Below are positions 62,172-64,000 of a DNA stretch of 64,000 bases, piece by piece. Numbering within the stretch: position 1 is the stretch's first letter; every line of letters starts with the position of its first letter. The translations under genes and the position numbers were made by a program. Source of the DNA: Thraustochytrium aureum (lineage: Eukaryota); the NCBI GenBank assembly GCA_012862495.1, contig BLSG01000402.1:606559-670558 (forward strand), written 5' to 3'. Below the pieces are notes generated by a model. It was given only the letters and a program-made list of their open reading frames with translations, did no database searches and was not told where the DNA came from.

Positions 62172-63365
62172 CGCGACACGGCCTCCTTGGGTTGCTTGAC
62201 TGAGGCCGCCGTCACTCGCGTCACTCGCGCCACCTCACCTCCTCCTGATGGTCGATCAAACCCCAGCCTACTTGACTCCGCCGCCTGTCTGCGTTGCTTG
62301 CAGCCTGCTGCACCGCCGCGCGAGCAAGGTCTGTCGTGTGCCTGCAACAAGAGAAGCATGACCGTTACGTCGCACGAACAAAACGAATGTAGTTTTTCTA
62401 CGAGTCCAATGCACAGCTCGACAGGTCTGTGGCTGGACCAGTAGGTACTCGACGAAGTACTGTTCAGGCGGTAGGAGCGCTGCAGGCCTGCCAGGCAGGC
62501 AGGTGGGTGTCACTACTACTACTCGTGTACACACAACGGGCTTGGCCACTTAGTGAGCTATTGTAGATGCAGCTTTCTTTCAAGAGCTCAAGGCAGGCAG
62601 GCAGGCACACAACACCAAGACCGCCTGAGACGGGACGGCGGGAATATTCTCTGCGCGCGGCGGAGCGCAACCCCGTTCTATCCTCCCTCTTCTGCGGACG
62701 CTGCAAGACCGCTGCTATGCAATGCGACTTGTCGCTTTTAGCCGATTCTGGAGGAGACGGATGTGTTCCAGGTTGATCGACCATGCTGGTTGACCTCGGC
62801 CCGCCCAGCGCAGAACGACGGCCAGAATGAATACCCACGACGCTAACAGCAGCGTTGAGCACTTCGGTTTTCAGAATTATTGGCTTGGTGCACCAAGGCG
62901 CGAGTTTTGATTATTGGCCACGGCCTCAATCGTGTGAACTCTGACCGTCCCGTCGGCCAGGATTTGAAAGGCACTATCTCGCGAGGTCCACGACGTCCGC
63001 CTCGTCGTTGGACTCGACGCACTGGTAGCAAAGACAATCCTCGTTTGCCGGTACTAAGCTCATCGAAAAGGCTCGGTTGGCACACGCGTGCGGTCTTCCG
63101 GCGCCAAACAAATGTCGTGACCTCTTTTCTGTGGCAGATTCCCACTCTATGAAGGCGTCGTGTAGTCTCTCTGCCGTACAACTTGTGACTTCGAGCAAAC
63201 AGAACCCGAGTCAGGCAGGCCTCGGCGTGAACGGGCGGGCCGGCCCGGCCCTGAGACGCGCGTCAGTGGCAACCGAGTCTCGAGTGGCGGTTGTAAAGCC
63301 TTGCTGAGCACACTTGGTCGACGTCGTGTTTGACGGTTCCGCGCTGCTCGAGCACTGGTGCAACG

Positions 63366-64000
63366 ATGAACAAGGTCGCCGCATCAGTGACCACCGTCCT
63401 TGTTGTCACTGTTTTGGCGCTGGTTGGATTCACGTGGGTGACCGAGCGTCGCGGTGTCAAGGCGCCGCCATCGCTCGTATACGAGGTCCCGCTGGACAAG
63501 CTTGATGAGACGATCAGGAGCAAATGGGTGCAGCTCAGTGTGGACGAGGAAACAAAGGCTTTTGTGGACTCCTGCCAGCCCAACCCATTTCGTGTCTGGC
63601 TCGCAACTATGCTGCGTAAGGTGATGTCCCGCATGGACGCGAACGGCATCGCAGGCAGAGGCCAAATGTTTGTGCTGTCACGTGCCCAAATGTTGAGTCT
63701 AGTGCCTCGTATGACGCAGTCGGGCGGCGAGGCATTGTCGCTTCTGGACATCGGTAGTGGAGATGGTTCGATCGCAGAGCGCTTTAGCGACGTTTTCGCC
63801 CGCGTTGTGAGCACAGAGACGTCGTGGGTGATGGCCCGCAAACTCCGCAGCCGTGGTTGGGAAGTCTACGAGCCACCTGGACAAGAGGTGCCACTGGAGC
63901 ACTTTGACGTGATCACCTGCTTCAACGTCCTGGACCGCGCCGACAAGCCGCTCTCGCTGCTCGAGATGATGAGGGATCGTCTACGTCCGGGGACAGGCAG
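63366..64000 (+). CDS. METTL9: METTL9/DREV-like protein-histidine methyltransferase (3' truncated; absent from the ORF track)
   Basis: Manual translation from ATG 63366: N-terminal hydrophobic segment, DEETKAF, SRMDANGIAGRGQMFVLS, LLDIGSGDG, TETS..M..L..RG, FDVITCFNVLDRADKP. Confidence 0.88.
   Translation, partial: MNKVAASVTTVLVVTVLALVGFTWVTERRGVKAPPSLVYEVPLDKLDETIRSKWVQLSVDEETKAFVDSCQPNPFRVWLATMLRKVMSRMDANGIAGRGQMFVLSRAQMLSLVPRMTQSGGEALSLLDIGSGDGSIAERFSDVFARVVSTETSWVMARKLRSRGWEVYEPPGQEVPLEHFDVITCFNVLDRADKPLSLLEMMRDRLRPGTG

Noticed and set aside
1..64000. tRNA, rRNA, transposase, integrase or reverse-transcriptase genes
   Set aside because: No recognisable motifs found by eye; covariance-model and HMM scans were not available

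Overview
GC-rich, gene-dense, intron-poor eukaryotic DNA with five assembly gaps. Short GT-AG introns, SRPK, eIF2B-alpha, LENG8/SAC3 and LZTFL1 show it is eukaryotic. A presequence-bearing PGK, a CatSper-epsilon-like gene and the compact layout suggest a flagellated stramenopile protist, probably a labyrinthulomycete/thraustochytrid (inference). About 30 protein-coding genes are supported. Three to five contain single-base frameshifts, mostly at homopolymers and probably assembly errors. The most interesting segment is ~43.2-54.4 kb. It holds three vWA (MIDAS-intact) paralogs, a putative Tudor/Agenet-repeat protein and an MLKL-like protein (N-terminal four-helix-bundle-like domain, HRD-less pseudokinase, degenerate Ras/Rho-like domain). 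This is a candidate protist immunity or regulated cell-death locus. Other notable items are the CatSper-epsilon-like gene, a GNAT-PhzF fusion, a putatively mitochondrial PGK, a SAM-less SAMHD1-like dNTPase, an F-box/JmjC/APH/SAM protein and a small WH2-like protein. All family calls come from motif recognition by eye; no searches were run.
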